Source: Cirrosporium novae-zelandiae
Lineage: Eukaryota
Reading direction: 5' to 3'
DNA: 64,000 nt
Assembly (NCBI GenBank): GCA_026023565.1
Contig: JAPETS010000054.1
Location: 62,001-126,000, forward strand
Shown: piece after piece, positions 23,330 through 36,718 of the stretch
How the letters are laid out: the number at the start of each line of letters is the position of its first letter
How positions within the stretch are numbered: the first letter of the stretch is position 1
The notes under the pieces: model-generated
The model's input: the letters and a program-made list of their open reading frames with translations, nothing else
Databases searched by the model: none
Told to the model about the DNA's origin: nothing
Program-made: the position numbers and the translations under genes

Positions 23330-24442
23330 GGCGATAACTAAGATTATTATAGTTTATGCCATAGGGAATTGGTATCGGACCCTGAAGAGGAACAAGGTTA
23401 TCATGCATTTTGCCCGAATGTCTCCCGGAGGTATCCTGGGCACTTGTAATATTCAAAATCATTTCGAATGAAGAATGGATGAAATATAGCTAAAAGTATT
23501 ACTGTTAAGAGTAATTGCGACCTTTGTGTGATCGAAGCGGCGATTCTTCCTCAGGACTCCTTTACTCCCAGGGCAATTTCCAACTTCAGCTTTCCGCCTT
23601 TTCGAGATGATACAACAAGTCCGGGAGGAAAGATTCCTGATTTAAACTTTCTTTTTGCAAGCTTTCCGCAGATCTACTACAGGCTACCTTGATCTAAACA
23701 CTTCTCGCCCTCAGCTTCCTCCTGATAGCAATTGGTGATGAATCCATTCTTCCGAATTTTGAAAAGGCTCAATAGGATAGCTCAACTCCGCAGAGTATCG
23801 AGAGTGTTCGCATAATCCACACATCTAGGGACCTTACCACGTCAAGATGCCATGGTCTCCCCACGTTATGTGACTTTGGTGAGGCTAGCTTGAGAGAAGA
23901 AGGATATGGCGGTTATATCCGACCCGACCTTTACCGGGCGTTAGAAGTCATTTTGTAAATGCGATGGACTAACAAAGTAGATATATAGAGTGCAGGGGCG
24001 ATGGTAGGTTGATTATTATAAACCTGTGCAATGATGGGACTTCGAGAAGCCAAGGGATTATGTGTTGCTGTCTAACTAGCTGTACTGACTACTGGTAGCT
24101 CTGGAATATGTTTGGTGCCGGAGATGAGACCAATGAACACTCAAGCTCACATTATCTCGGAGAAATAATTCCTCTACTTGGATTCCACCAAAGAATTTTT
24201 CCCAACGAAGTCTACTCGCATCAAAGTATTTTTGTAGCAAAGGTTAATGCATCCTCAGGGAGCTATAAAAAATACCCAATATCCGTTTAGATGACTCTGA
24301 GGAAAACCTCTAAGAGAAAGAAAAAAGCAGCATTTCTCAAGTTCATGGACAGGCTGCTGCAGTGATGTCCGAGGAAGGAAGTCTGCTAGGAAGTTCTTCG
24401 ACGGTCTATGGTTGCAGAAACCAACCATTGTATAACCATGTA
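23330..24442 (+). pseudogene. Relic CMGC/SRPK-like serine/threonine protein kinase
   Basis: 'GLPTLCDFGEA' (DFG at 23872-23880), then 'IRPDLYRALEVIL*MRWTNKVDI*SAGAM' with stops at 23956 and 23986. After an intron comes 'LWNMF…HYLGEIIPLLG' and frameshifted C-lobe fragments. Boundaries are approximate. Confidence 0.8.
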
Positions 24443-25822
24443 AATTTCTACAACTACAAATGATGAGCCCTAACATAGCCAGGTGAATCACATGCTATCT
24501 CCCTCTCCCGAACGAAGAAAGATCAAATAGCAGACATTCACAGACTAGCTAGTCTTCGGAGAGATGCGACTAATCGTCTCCAGGCAATAACATCTCTCAA
24601 TTGCCAACGCATTCATTTGCATGATAAGTACGATGTCGATATGCGCATGAGTCAAGTCCTTGGCATAATTATCTGAAGTAATCTCGACGATGGTTGAGGA
24701 AGTGGCCGCATAGCCGCTTTATCGATGTTCAGAGTGACTTCGAAGAAACGCATTGGACAATTAAAATATCTCTTGGATGGCATCTATCCAAACACACGGT
24801 CGGCATAGTTTTGGGCATAGATATACCGAGGGTTTTGGCACCATATAAAAATGGATATTGTGCTACATACGCTCCTAAATACTTTATTGGGCGCCTTTAC
24901 AGGGAGTATTATTTATAGTGATTGGGGAAAACTCGACTTTTGGACTTTGGTGGGATGGCGAAATTCATAGGAGAGGCTGAAAACTAGGTTGGCTATGTAG
25001 GAGTAACTATGTACCGTTCTTAAGAGGTAGAAGAATAATTATATCAAGGCGGGACAAGAACCCTGCCTCCTATTGGCTAGCTAATTAGACCAAAAAGCAC
25101 CTAATCAGAACGACCCTCCACAAATAAAGAGCAAATAAATAATATTAACGATTAGAGAGAGAGAGGACTTTGAGGCTGCAGAACCATAGTTCACGTTCAT
25201 CACGAAAATGTACCCACACTAGATAGAATCCTTTGCATGAACTGGTGGGCGGTTGGTTGAAATAGGCTGCGTTGGGTAGCCAGGCAGCATGAACGGTTTC
25301 CGCTTTCTCCTCCCCGCATATGCATGCAGCCCCCCCCCCCCCATGCTTGGGTCGCGTAAACTTGTCATTCGTTGCTCTATCACCAAATTTCAACCGTTGG
25401 AATTTATGGATGCGGCTGGAATTGTTTATACGTGTCATGGCAAGATTCAAGGAAATGGAGACAGGTCATAATTATAATCGCAAAGGTCGTTTGGTGGTGG
25501 TGGAGGAGGGCATAGGTTGGGTTAGAGGCTATCGGCTTTCAATTGAAATGGCCCACTGGCATATACGACGTCATCTTGGGAAGAAATTGGTTGGCGGTCT
25601 TTTCTGGCTTATAGGATCATGTTTTGAAAATACAATTTACATCTTCCAAAGGAAAATAATATTCATAAAGAGCCAGATCCCATGAATATTATTTTGGGAA
25701 TTCCGTCTACAATCCGTGTCATGCAAGCACCGTTCAAGCTTCAAATAAAAATACAAGCTCCAATAATAGGGGCCAAAGTTTCGAACTGAAATTCGGACCA
25801 TTCGAGATATCATATATACAAT

Positions 25823-27651
25823 ATGAATAAGAACGGCGCCCTTCATCCGTACCTGTCGTGGCCAAGAGATGTGCAAGGACAGTCGGGGGACAAACTTGTA
25901 AATGGCAAGTTAACTCATTATCTACTTGAACCTTCTGTGCTAAGATTTTTATGTAGGGGCTCCATCGTCGCCGGAAGTTACCGTTACCAAGACTCCCTCT
26001 CTACACCCTTTGTATCTACCATATAAGACTCAGCATATGATTCTGACAGGTGTCCAACATCTGCTGGAAGAATGTTGCTTTGATTTTGCATCCAGATGGC
26101 TACCCTCGGTATTGAAAGATGGAGGCTGGGACTGTGCTGAAGCACTTGAGCTGGATAAGTGGGTTGCTACGCTCCGAAAAAACCGCTGGAAGCTTCCAGA
26201 TCATGCCTTTCAAGTTGGTCCTGGGGTTTCGTTGTTAATGATATTTCCCCCTATTGACAAGATCGAGGAAACAGCTGTACACCGCCTTCCAACTAAAGCT
26301 ACGAAAGTCAATGAAATGATCGACCACGCAGCAAGGTTTGCTAAAGTACTAAGAGATCCGGTTCGTGAAATGAGATTGGAGGAGTTGCATGGTCGGATGG
26401 AGGATATGATTAGGGCAATGGAGCGGCAAAAGGACGAGCTTGAAAGTCAGAACAAGGCAGAAATGGAGAGAATTGCGGAGGAGCGCGTGAAGCTGATTAA
26501 AAAAGAAAGTGAAGCTCTCGCAAAGATGGTTGAGGAGGATGACAGGAATAAACACGTCTTGGGGTCACTTATCGAAGATGCCTTCCGAAGCACAATTCTG
26601 AAAAATGGTACCCACGAGCTTCATAATGAAGAAGAAGACCTGGAACTTCAGCAAGAGGGGAGTCCTCAATCAAACGATGTAGATCTTAGCGTTGAGGAAG
26701 AAGATCCAGAAGAAGAGCTAGAAGAAGAGTCTGAGCCTGAAGCTGAGACAGGCACACCAAATGAAGAGCCAGCATATGCATCCGAGATACCTGAGCAGGT
26801 AGAAGAGGCCGAGCCGGAACCGGTAACTATCATCGGCGAGGCGCTAACCTACGGATCCGAGCCCCCAGTCGAACCTCCATCGGATCCCGAATGCGAGCCT
26901 GAATCAATGGACGAGAAGCCTACCCTTTCTCTCGAAGCCGACCCCGAGCAGCCGACAGAGCCTGACCTTTTCCCTGAACCTGAAGCCGAGCCTATAACGG
27001 AAGGCGAAGCCGAGTCAACCATCGAACCAGCTTCCGAACCCAACGAACCTTCTCCAGATGATAAATGGAGCGACAAGCCTGAGGATGAGCTGACCGACGA
27101 GCCCACCGAGAAGCCTCTCAAAGAAGAATATCCCTTGATAGAAGATGAAAACGGCGACCTATTTCCCAACCCCTACGGCTCTGCTCCCACGGTTAAAGAT
27201 CCACCCTTGGAAGAAGAACAAGACTGGTTCGCCACCGCCCTACCCGAACTTCCCCCGCAGTTTGAGGCCATTCGATCCGAAGATGAATGGAAATTCATGC
27301 CTCAAAAACTCATGAAAAGAGATCGGAAAAAGATGAAGAGGAGGAAGACGGAACCGGCGCTACCATTTATTGAAGAGCCGATTCGTCCATACGGATGGAG
27401 CAATATTGCAAAAAGGGATGGTTATGGTGGATATGGACGGGTTGGAGATATTAAGGAGGATGGTATGTTGTCCAGGCATATCTGCCAGCTGCCAGGGAGG
27501 TGAAGGAATCAAATAACTGACCAGCTAACTTCCCCTTCTCTTACAGAAGAAACTCTATCAGCACCATCTCCACCCCCCCAATCCCTTCCGTCTCCACCAG
27601 AGAGCCCAGAATACTTGTCCTCGAAATTCTATGCCTCGCCTCGTACAGTGA
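25823..27651 (+). CDS. Uncharacterised fungal protein: conserved helical/coiled-coil N-domain plus long acidic Glu/Pro-rich tail; probable exons 25823-25897, 25957-27462, 27547-27651
   Basis: 497-codon ORF 'YLPYKTQHMIL…LLEECCFDFA..W…WDCAEALEL..W…TAVHRLPT', a recurring fungal hypothetical family. Flanking GT..AG introns have branch sites. The start exon is uncertain. Confidence 0.7.
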
Positions 27652-28266
27652 GAATTGGGCCCTGGAACCGTTGGAGTGGTTTGACCAACGACAGGGTATC
27701 GTCGGATGAAGGCAAGGAACGATGGACGTGATTGAAGCTTTCTTTTTCTTTTCCTTTTTCTTAGGAGGGGGACTCGAATAATTAATAAACCACCTGATTG
27801 CCTAGCTAACATTTGAAAGAAAATGCCATTTCTAGTCAGTTATCGAACATTGAGTTACGATAAATAAGGAACTGTAAACCTGTTAGGCTACCACACATAT
27901 GCGCGTAGTAAATACCCCTCTCGACATTATTTCAATTCAAAGTAGATGTGATTGTAGTTGAGACCAGGTGAAGTGAACGTGCAAGGGTTAGATGTTTGCA
28001 TTGGTTGTTTGCTTGTGCCGGTTATATGTTTGCACTATTTGCAAACAGATGGTATATACATGTACACGTGTGGTTTCTGTTAAGGGTCTCGGAAGATGCC
28101 GTGCCAAGACTAGATAGTATAACTAGAATATTTTGGATAAATTTAATAAAGAACCATACACAAAACCACACACGTACAGTAATTAAATCACACTCATCGA
28201 TTCTTACCATTAAACCAGAGCTTGCTCGAGTACCAGTCACCTGCGGCATCTCCCAAAACAATCAAT

Positions 28267-28502
28267 CCCGCAAGCCCAATAATCTCCGCATCTACTGTGG
28301 AACTTAACTATTTCAGGCAGCCGCTAGATGATATTCAGTATAGTGGTTGCCTTGTACCGCTAGAGAAGATTTTAAGTTGAGTTTACCCTATGGATTCTTC
28401 ACCCCCACACCATCTCTCCCCGCAATTGGCCTGCGAATGCGGAGGACAATGCGGAGGATATTGTCTGGAGAACAACAAGTGGCACTACTCCGAGAATGCG
28501 GA
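28267..28502. promoter_or_regulatory. Cluster of six YCCGCAW sites (five also match CreA SYGGRG) upstream of the GH3 gene
   Basis: Sites at 28267, 28285 and 28419 (+) and at 28437, 28449 and 28496 (-). Confidence 0.5.
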
Positions 28503-28834
28503 GGAGCTCCATTCTATGTTATAGTACGTGTGCTCCGTGTCGGGTGCCATAAGTACCAAGTTGAGTCCGATTCCCAAGAGCGTTAGTGATTGGGTCACAC
28601 TGGTATCAGTGTTCTTCTCTTTGATGCTCCTGGATAATATGATAGGTGGAAGTACCTTGCAGTGGAGTTTTGATATTTATTTCTTGGGTTAATTTTGTCT
28701 TCAATATATATAATGGCTTCTACTACATTTCTTGTTACTTCTGTTCTGGATGAAATCGGCTGTTGTTGGCTCTCTTGTTTGTTTCAAACGTGCAAGGCAC
28801 CGAATACTCTGGCCATCATCATCCTTCATCCATC

Positions 28835-31475
28835 ATGTTGCTTCCTTTAAAGTCAATTGGCCTTTTAGCCTGCGCCGCTACTCTGCTTCCGTTCCATAGC
28901 GTAGCAGGTCAAGGTAATTTCAATCTTCCACCAGACACCTATTACCCTAAGTCCCCGGAAGTGTATCCCAGTCCAAATATGACTGGATGGGGATGGGAGC
29001 AGGCGTATGAGAAGGCAAAGCAATTTCGGTCTATGTTGACCTTGGACGAGAAAGCGCAGATTGTTACTGGGAATGGAGTGCTGCAGTGAGTTGAACCCTT
29101 GTTTGCTTAGTATATGTTTCGCGATGGAGTTTGATGACACCTAGTGAAGATAACGTTCATCACTTTGTTTTTCTATATGTCTAGTCCTCTCTATAAACCG
29201 TTGACTTATGGGTTTGCTAGACCTTGCGTTGGAAATGTTCTTCCCATCGAACGACTCGGGTTTCGAGGACTCTGCCTCAGTGACTCTGATCTTGGTATCG
29301 GAAACACACACACGTATGCTTCAGGATTTGCACCTGGTATCAGTGTTTCTTCGACATGGAATAAGATTCTTATGCGTACCAATGCCTTTCTTATGGGTCA
29401 GGAATTCCGCCAGAAGGGAGTTAACGTTGTTTTGGGACCTGTAGCCACCGTATATCCTTTCGTTTCATTGAATTCTCTCATACATACATGGGGTTGATAA
29501 TTGAATGCCGCTGACATGGCTTAGATTGGTCGTTATGCAGGTGGTGGAACAAATTTTGAGGGTTATGGTACTTATTCTCTTGATACAGTTGAGCATTCAT
29601 GTTAGTAGGTTGCTGATTCGTTCAAGGTGCTGATCCCTATCTCAATGGTGTTAATGTCGCTGAATACGTCAAGGGCGTTCAGGCTGCTGGAGTTCAAGCC
29701 AACATGAAACAATACGTCGGCTATGATTCTCAGCAGTACTATCGGGGAAACTACAGCTCTAATATCGATGACAAGACTATGCACGAGATTGAAGTGTGGC
29801 CATATGCAGGTTCGCATTTCCCTATCCTTCTTATCACTCTTTTCATACTAAATTACTGATATCTTGCATAGAGGGTATTAAAGCTGGCTGCGCTTCTGCC
29901 ATGTGCTCATATAACCTCGTCAACAACACCTGGGCCTGCCAGAATAGCAAAACAATCAATGGAATCCTCAAGGGCGAACTTGGTTTTCAAGGCTACCTCC
30001 TAACCGACTGGTACGCGCTTCAAAGTGGCGTCCTCGCCGCCTCTGCCGGCCTCGACATGGATATGCCCGGCACCAACAGCGCCAACACGTTTAGTTTCTT
30101 CGGCAAGAATCTCACCGTCGCTGTCGAAAATGGCACTCTCTCCATCAACCGTCTCAACGACATGGTTGATCGCGTTATGACTCCCTATTACTACCTCGGC
30201 CAAGATCAGGATTACCCCTTTCTTAATTACCACGACGGCCCCTTTGAAAATGTCGTTAACGTCCGATCCCACACCCACGATGAACTCATTCACAAAGTTG
30301 CTGTTGAGCAAACTGTTCTCCTCGTTAACAGAAACAGTACCCTACCCCTCCACCGCCCCCGCCGCCTCGCCATCTTTGGCATTGATGCAGGTCCGAACCC
30401 CTATGGCGCTGATCCTGCTTTTATCGAACTCGCGGACCCACAAATGGGTGCGGGAACTTTAACCAACGGCTTCGGATCCGGAACGACTCAATATCCCTTC
30501 GTGATCGATCCGCTCGCTGCCCTGCAACGCCGCACTCAATACGACCTCACAAAACTGGACTGGGCACTTAATGAATCCTTTGTTCCACAGATCATCTCCA
30601 AAGCCTCCCGTGCCTCTCATTGCATCGCATTCATCCAGTCCCTCTCCTCGGAAGAACTCGACCGTAATCTCACGGCCTGGCACGGCGGCGATGAAATGGT
30701 GCTCAATGTTGCTGATAACTGTAAGAATACGATCGTCGTCATCCACGCCGTCGGGCCTGTCGTCATGGATACGTGGATTAACCACCCAAACGTTTCTGCC
30801 GTCGTGTGGGGTGGTCTCCCTGGCCAAGCCTCCGGAGACGCCCTCGTAGACATCCTCTATGGTCACGAGAACCCTTCTGGCAAATTGCCCTACACAATCC
30901 TCAAGCACGAATCCGACTACTACGCCAAAAAGATAACACAACCGAAACCGTATCCGCAGATCAACTATACCGAAGGCGTGTGGACAGATTATCGGTACTA
31001 CAAGGCACATAACATCAGCATGCAATTCCCATTCGGATTCGGGCTGAGCTATACGAGCTTCGGGTACTCGGCGTTGAATATCACGAACCGCAAAGCCAAT
31101 CCGTTCGCGGGAATGAATGAGAGTGTTAGCTATCTTGCCGACGCGCCTGGCGGGGATAAACGGCTTTTTGAAACTGTTGTTACGCTTACGGTGAATATCA
31201 CGAATACTGGATCCTATCACGGGAGGGAGATCGCGCAGCTATATCTAGGATTCCCGCAGAGCGCGGAAGAGCCGAATGGTGGGATTCTTAGGGGGTTTGA
31301 AGATATAAGCTTAGATCCGGGGGAGATGGGGATGGTAAGGTTTGATTTGCGGAGGAAGGATGTCAGCTACTGGGATGTAGTGAGGCAGAGGTGGGAAGTT
31401 GCCGATGGGTCGTATACTGTCTACATAGGCGCGAGCTCAACGGATTTTAAGCTGGAGGGGACGTTTGAGTTGTAA
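28835..31475 (+). CDS. Secreted glycoside hydrolase family 3 (beta-glucosidase-like, with Fn3-like C-domain); exons ~28835-29085, 29221-29449, 29525-29567, 29627-29809, 29872-31475
   Basis: Signal peptide, 'PCVGN…RLGFRGLCLSD', 'MCSYN.VN', 'LKGELGFQGYLLTDW' (nucleophile Asp), 'AGLDMDMPG', 'NPSGKLPYT', 'FPFGFGLSYTSF' and 'LRGFE'. Confidence 0.92.
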
Positions 31476-32059
31476 AAGACATATATTGGGGGCATCGGCG
31501 AGATTTTTGGATCATCATCACTCTGTATCGATCGCTAGGAAATAAAGCCATACATAGGGAAATAAGGAAGAACAAATATTCTCTTCGTATATAAACTGGA
31601 TGGATCAATAAAGCAATCAGAAAAATCGTAGATCGAAAGGGGAAGGTTAGCCGAGAAGCTCGGGGGTAACCTAAGCGAACTGGGGTGATTAGCGGGTGAT
31701 TTAACACCGAACAAGAACAGCGCGACTCACTAATTTATAAAACTCTCAACTCATGAGTTAGTGTTGTAATTATTGCGTTGTTGTCTCCTAACTACGTATA
31801 GTAAGTAATAAGAATTACACCATGGTAAAAGCAATATAGATCCATGTGCGACGCCAGATGGAGCAGATTCTCAACAGGCTAACTAATACTACTAAATAGT
31901 TAAGGTGAAGTTAAATTTGATGGGCCTGTTACGCACAGTGCAGAACGGGCCCTAAGTAAAGCCCTTGATTTTCGTAGGGATTCTGGGGCCCCCAGATCCC
32001 GCATTTCTGACCCGGAAAATCCTTTGGCTCCCACTATCTGGCTGCTGTTCAAACACCAT

Positions 32060-32083
32060 CAGTCACTCAGTCACTCAGTCACT
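32060..32083. repeat. (CAGTCACT)3 tandem repeat upstream of the Zn2Cys6 gene
   Basis: Read directly. Confidence 0.8.
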
Positions 32084-32227
32084 CCTAAGCTTCATTTGCG
32101 GTCAGGATGCGACAGCCTATACATTCTCAAGCTGACGGAAGATTCTTCTTTCAGTTTGCAGTATCTATCCCACCCCCAGATTCGCCCATGACATTCAAGT
32201 TACGCATTTCATGAGTCGACTTTGCCC

Positions 32228-34931
32228 ATGGAAAACATATTAACCTTCGATGGCACCAATGCTCAACCGACAAAACGTCGAAAGGCTCTTCGTGCCTGCA
32301 ACCGATGCCGTATTTCCAAGAGACGCTGTACTTTCGCTGGCGATGGCATTACCTGTGATCGATGTCATCGAGAGGGAGTTATCTGCTCATTTCAAAACCA
32401 CCAGTCTGCGCGAGGCCCTCAAAAAAACAAACCATCCGACGTGGAAGGTGAGGGAAACTCCCATCCACCATACTATCCGGTGCAGAACGAAATCGGCTCG
32501 GCTTCTACACAACCCTTGACTACAAATAAAAAACCTCTTGGAGCATCTAGTTTTACTGAGGCCAATGGTTCGCTTTCTTCAACGTTTTGCCGAACGAATT
32601 CTGCACGTACATCTCCAATGCAATCTCAGTCTTCGCAACAGCATGCATCTCTCTCGATTGACGGCAGCCCTCGCCGTGACCAGAACCTACCTCCTGACAA
32701 GCCAGATCAGAATGCTGAACCCCAAGTCCAGTAAGGCAGCTTTCATTTCCAAATTATAACACACAAGCAATCGTGCACTTACTCTACTGGAAAATAAAAC
32801 AGCTTTTATATCATTAGGTCGACATGCTAAACGTATGCCTATTATTAGATATTCTTCCAACGCTGCAGCTTCAAATTATCCTTCCCCTCTCAGCCCTCCT
32901 CCCGACCATGAGGCTCGATACTCGACGATGTTACACCTCCTAGAAGGAAATGAGAAGCCAAAACGGTCGAAAACTAATGATTGGCAAAGATTAAAATTTA
33001 TTGGAGATACAAATCCCCTTTTAGGTCTTCTTCACAAAGATCTTAAATGCAAAATCGTGAACAGCTTGTGCACTTTTCGCACACCAGATCCTCCAATTGA
33101 ACCAAAAAAGCCCGTTCCATTTCGAAGTGCTGGTGTTAGTGGCTGGGATTGGGAACAGTCATATTCGGCATCACCGTTGGATCGGGTGAGATTCGAGTAC
33201 CTGAAAGGCCTGGGCTGCTTCAATATGCCCTCTCGTGAGATTTGTGGAGGCCTCCTGGAGACTTTCTTTTCACATGTCCATCCAATGTTACCGGTCTTGG
33301 ATCGTAAAGATTTCCTTGCGCGATATTACGGGCTTGATGAGCCACCGCCACTTGTTCTTATAACAGCAATACTTCTGGCTGCGGCGAGATATGCAAGTCC
33401 GTCTATGAATATTGTCGGCTCAAGAACGAAAAATCGGAATGGACATGATAACCCAGATGATGATGGGTCTCAGACGTCGACAAAATCCCCAATGGAAATT
33501 CGAGAACAATGCGACATACTCTATAATCGCGTGAGAGCGCTTGTGGATACCGATGTAACAACGCAAAGAATGGCCGTAATGCAAGCCTGTATTCTTGCTA
33601 GCCTTCATTGGGAAAAACGCGAGGGTGTCAATTCGTCTTTAGATAGCCTCGGACTTGCAATCCGGATAGGTCAAGAGATGGGATTACATAGGCGGGTAGA
33701 TGGAATCCTTTCCAGTAGCCAGGACCTAGCGGGTCAGCATCTATCTCGACGAATTTGGTGGTGCATGTATGCTCTTGATCGTTTCAATGCAGCTCAAGAA
33801 GGAGCCCCACTCTTAATCAATGAAGACGATTGCGACATAGAATCAATCACCGACGATGATTTCACTGATGAAGATTCGATTACGCGATTAACAGCCACAT
33901 TCAATATTTCCCTCGCTATAATTATCGAGAAAGCAATCCGAAAGCTTTACGCTGTAAGAAATACTAGTGCAGATCTCCAATGCATGATTTACACGCGTGA
34001 CCAACTCGGTGATGCCCTTGACAATTTAGAACAGCAGATTCAGACATTCTTTAGTGGGGAGATATCTACCACCGCCAATAAACCTCAAAATAATCCGAGG
34101 GCTTCAACAACAGGATCAGAAGTCCACCGCCTTTGGTCCTCACTTCTTCTCACCCACCTCAATGCCGCCCGCATTCTTATTCACCGGCCATTCCTAACGT
34201 CCCCATCGACTGGTGCCGGAGGTCTGACATCGCGAATTATTTCCCGTAAATATGCGTATACAATCATATCTCTGCTGCAAACGATGCGTATGCGTTCACT
34301 TCTTCGTTTCGCATGGCCTTTCACTGTGTATGCTGTCGTCTCCGCCATGTTAATAATTTGGTACGATCTCTCTTCACTCTTGCCTACAATCCTTCCTCTC
34401 GAAACGTCGGATTCACCACGCAAATTCTTTATCGAAATCATATCGCTTCTTCGAGACTTGGGAGATACTTGGTGGGCAGCTGCTGCCAAAAAATGTTTAG
34501 GTGAAGCCTTGCTTAAAGTTGTGGATGGGTTGACTGCTGCGAATGCGATTAGAAATGGGGCTAGTGATAGTCGTGTTTCTCGCAGTGGTAAGCGCGAAAT
34601 GGTTAATCAGTGCCAGAAGACTATATCATCTCATAACCAGAATAGCTGCAATGTGTATGATCATAGTTTGACCGCGCAATCTCTCGGTGGAGTGAACGAT
34701 GTTGCTACTTTCGCAGATCCAAATCAACAAGTACCATTGGACCTTTCGGAGCCCTTGTTCTCACCCCCTGATGCAGGGCCATCATCCCAACAAGAACAGC
34801 CGTTCGAATCGGATATGAACGTCGATCAGTCCTTTCTGAATGCTTATGAAGAAAATCTTACATACTGGGCGTCCCTCGGGCTAGACTTCGAGACTGAGGT
34901 TATGGGGGGGATATACGGGCTTACGCAGTAG
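32228..34931 (+). CDS. Zn(II)2Cys6 transcription factor with fungal-specific TF (MHR) domain; exons 32228-32730, 32849-34931
   Basis: 'ACNRCRISKRRC…CDRCHREGVIC' zinc cluster. Intron GTAAGG..TAG at 32731-32848. MHR motifs 'FFSHVHPMLPVLD', 'AIRIGQEMGLHR' and 'RRIWWCMYALDR'. Confidence 0.92.
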
Positions 34932-35436
34932 TATCACGTCTAACTATCAAAAAATTCTGGAATCGCATGCGTTGTGGCGGCCTTTTTCAACTTTATCTCT
35001 TCCTATGATTATGGATATGCGATTAGTCTTCTTGGCCTCTAGCCATGGTTGATGACTTCTTTTTGGTATTATATTATCATTGGTTATGAACTAATATAAA
35101 GGAAACTCCGTCTGTTTTAATTATATCCTATGTGCAGGATCGCGTGAATCATTCATATTTTGATGATATTCATACTCGATTTCATGCCGGATTGTAATAA
35201 CCAACGAGGCTACCGAGATATTTATCTCAAATCAAATGCGAATCTATACCCTGAGTGGTTCGTGGTAGGTGAGTATATTCAAAAAGCATGCTAGCTAAAT
35301 TTGAAAGATGTTGTTATTTGAATACATCTAGAGACTTGCACTGGCTACACATCGATCAAGTCCACTTGGGTAGTTAGGAAATATGTTTCATTTTCTCACG
35401 AGGTCAACATTCATTTACACGAAGTGCATTTACAAA

Positions 35437-36718
35437 CTATACGGAGAGTGTCTTGCCCAATCTCGAACTTTCATGTGCCAATTCCACCAACCGAATTACA
35501 TCACGTCCATCCTTTGGATCTACTGGTACTGGTCCTTTTCCCTCAAGAGCCAGCAGAAGCTTCTTATAGAAAGCAGCATATGTTTCAGGTGAGACTGTGG
35601 GCTCATCCCTCTCGATGAATCCATTTCCGGTATTGACTGTCACGATTCCTGATTGATCTCGTTAGGAACTCAATGATACCTCCAACGTTTCGGAAAAAAG
35701 GACTTGAAAGCATACCGTATCGTTCGGGTTTCTCCACACCGAAATTCTTTGATCCGGGATGCTTGCCATCCTGCAACATTTCTTCTTGACTATCGAGGTG
35801 ATACTGAAAAGGTTTTATCGTGTCAACATCATCACATGCTTATCCAAGAAATCCCTGTGGAAAATAGAACGAACCTTCCTATAACTCCCCTTCTGTCCTC
35901 TGACCCAGAACTTCAATTGCTTTTTTTCAGGGCTTATTACCGCAGCCTTGACAGTCACCAACAGTCCACTCTTATAATGCAACAGAACTGTGCATGCGTC
36001 TTCAATTCCGCTTTGGTCTTCTTCCCGTTGAGTCTGCTCAAAGCCAGTAACCTTCTCTGGCATACCAAAAAGGACATTGACTTGATCCATCAGATGAACG
36101 CCCAGGTCATATATTACACCAGCTCCTGGGAGTTTCTGACCCCGCCATCCACCAGCTGATTTGATGACTTCGAGATCATAACGGTCGAAATGGGTTTCAA
36201 ATTCCACTATACGGCCGAGCGTATCTTCATTGATTAATTTTTGGAGGGTAAGGAAATCAGTGTCCCACCGACGGTCTGTTGAGCATTAGAACAATGAATG
36301 AGGATATGGTCGAACGTGTTGAAGCCAGGTTGAACTTACTATGGAAAACTGTCAACAGCTTGCCATACTCCTTGGCCGTTGCAATAAGCTGGTCGCCTTC
36401 GGCCGACATTGGCGTCAAGGGCTTCTCGCAGACAACGTGTTTCCCAGCTTTGATTGCTGCTGTAGCAAGCGCCAGGTGTGTAGTCGGAGGTGTTGATAAG
36501 ACCACGACGTCCACAGCTGGATCCTTTAGCATTTCCTCGGTAGTGCTGTAGACCTTGACCCCGGGACACCTGGTCTCGATATTGTCGTCTGGCTGTGGGA
36601 ACTGGTTTACAATAGCGTAGAGGTTTAACCCTTGGACTGTGGGAATGAAAGGAATGTGAAAGATCTTTGCTGAAAGACCGTAGCCGATAATGGCTATGTT
36701 ATAAACTTTGGGCGCCAT
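35437..36718 (-). CDS. Gfo/Idh/MocA NAD(P)-dependent oxidoreductase (YdgJ/IolW-like); exons 36718-36340, 36275-35875, 35803-35716, 35648-35437
   Basis: 'IAIIGYGLSAKIFHIPFI', 'GKHVVCEKP', spliced 'FHNRRWDTDF', 'EFETHFDR' and 'YDLGVHLMDQ'. Three GT..AG introns keep the frame. Confidence 0.9.

Noticed and set aside
24740..24810. Minus-strand 'VWIDAI' resembling a HET-domain motif
   Set aside because: An isolated hexapeptide with no flanking HET motifs.
30459..31220. 253-aa antisense ORF within GH3, and similar antisense ORFs at 37460-38227, 8707-9348, 2190-2717 and 58348-58884
   Set aside because: Shadow ORFs on the reverse strand of well-supported genes, with no family motifs.
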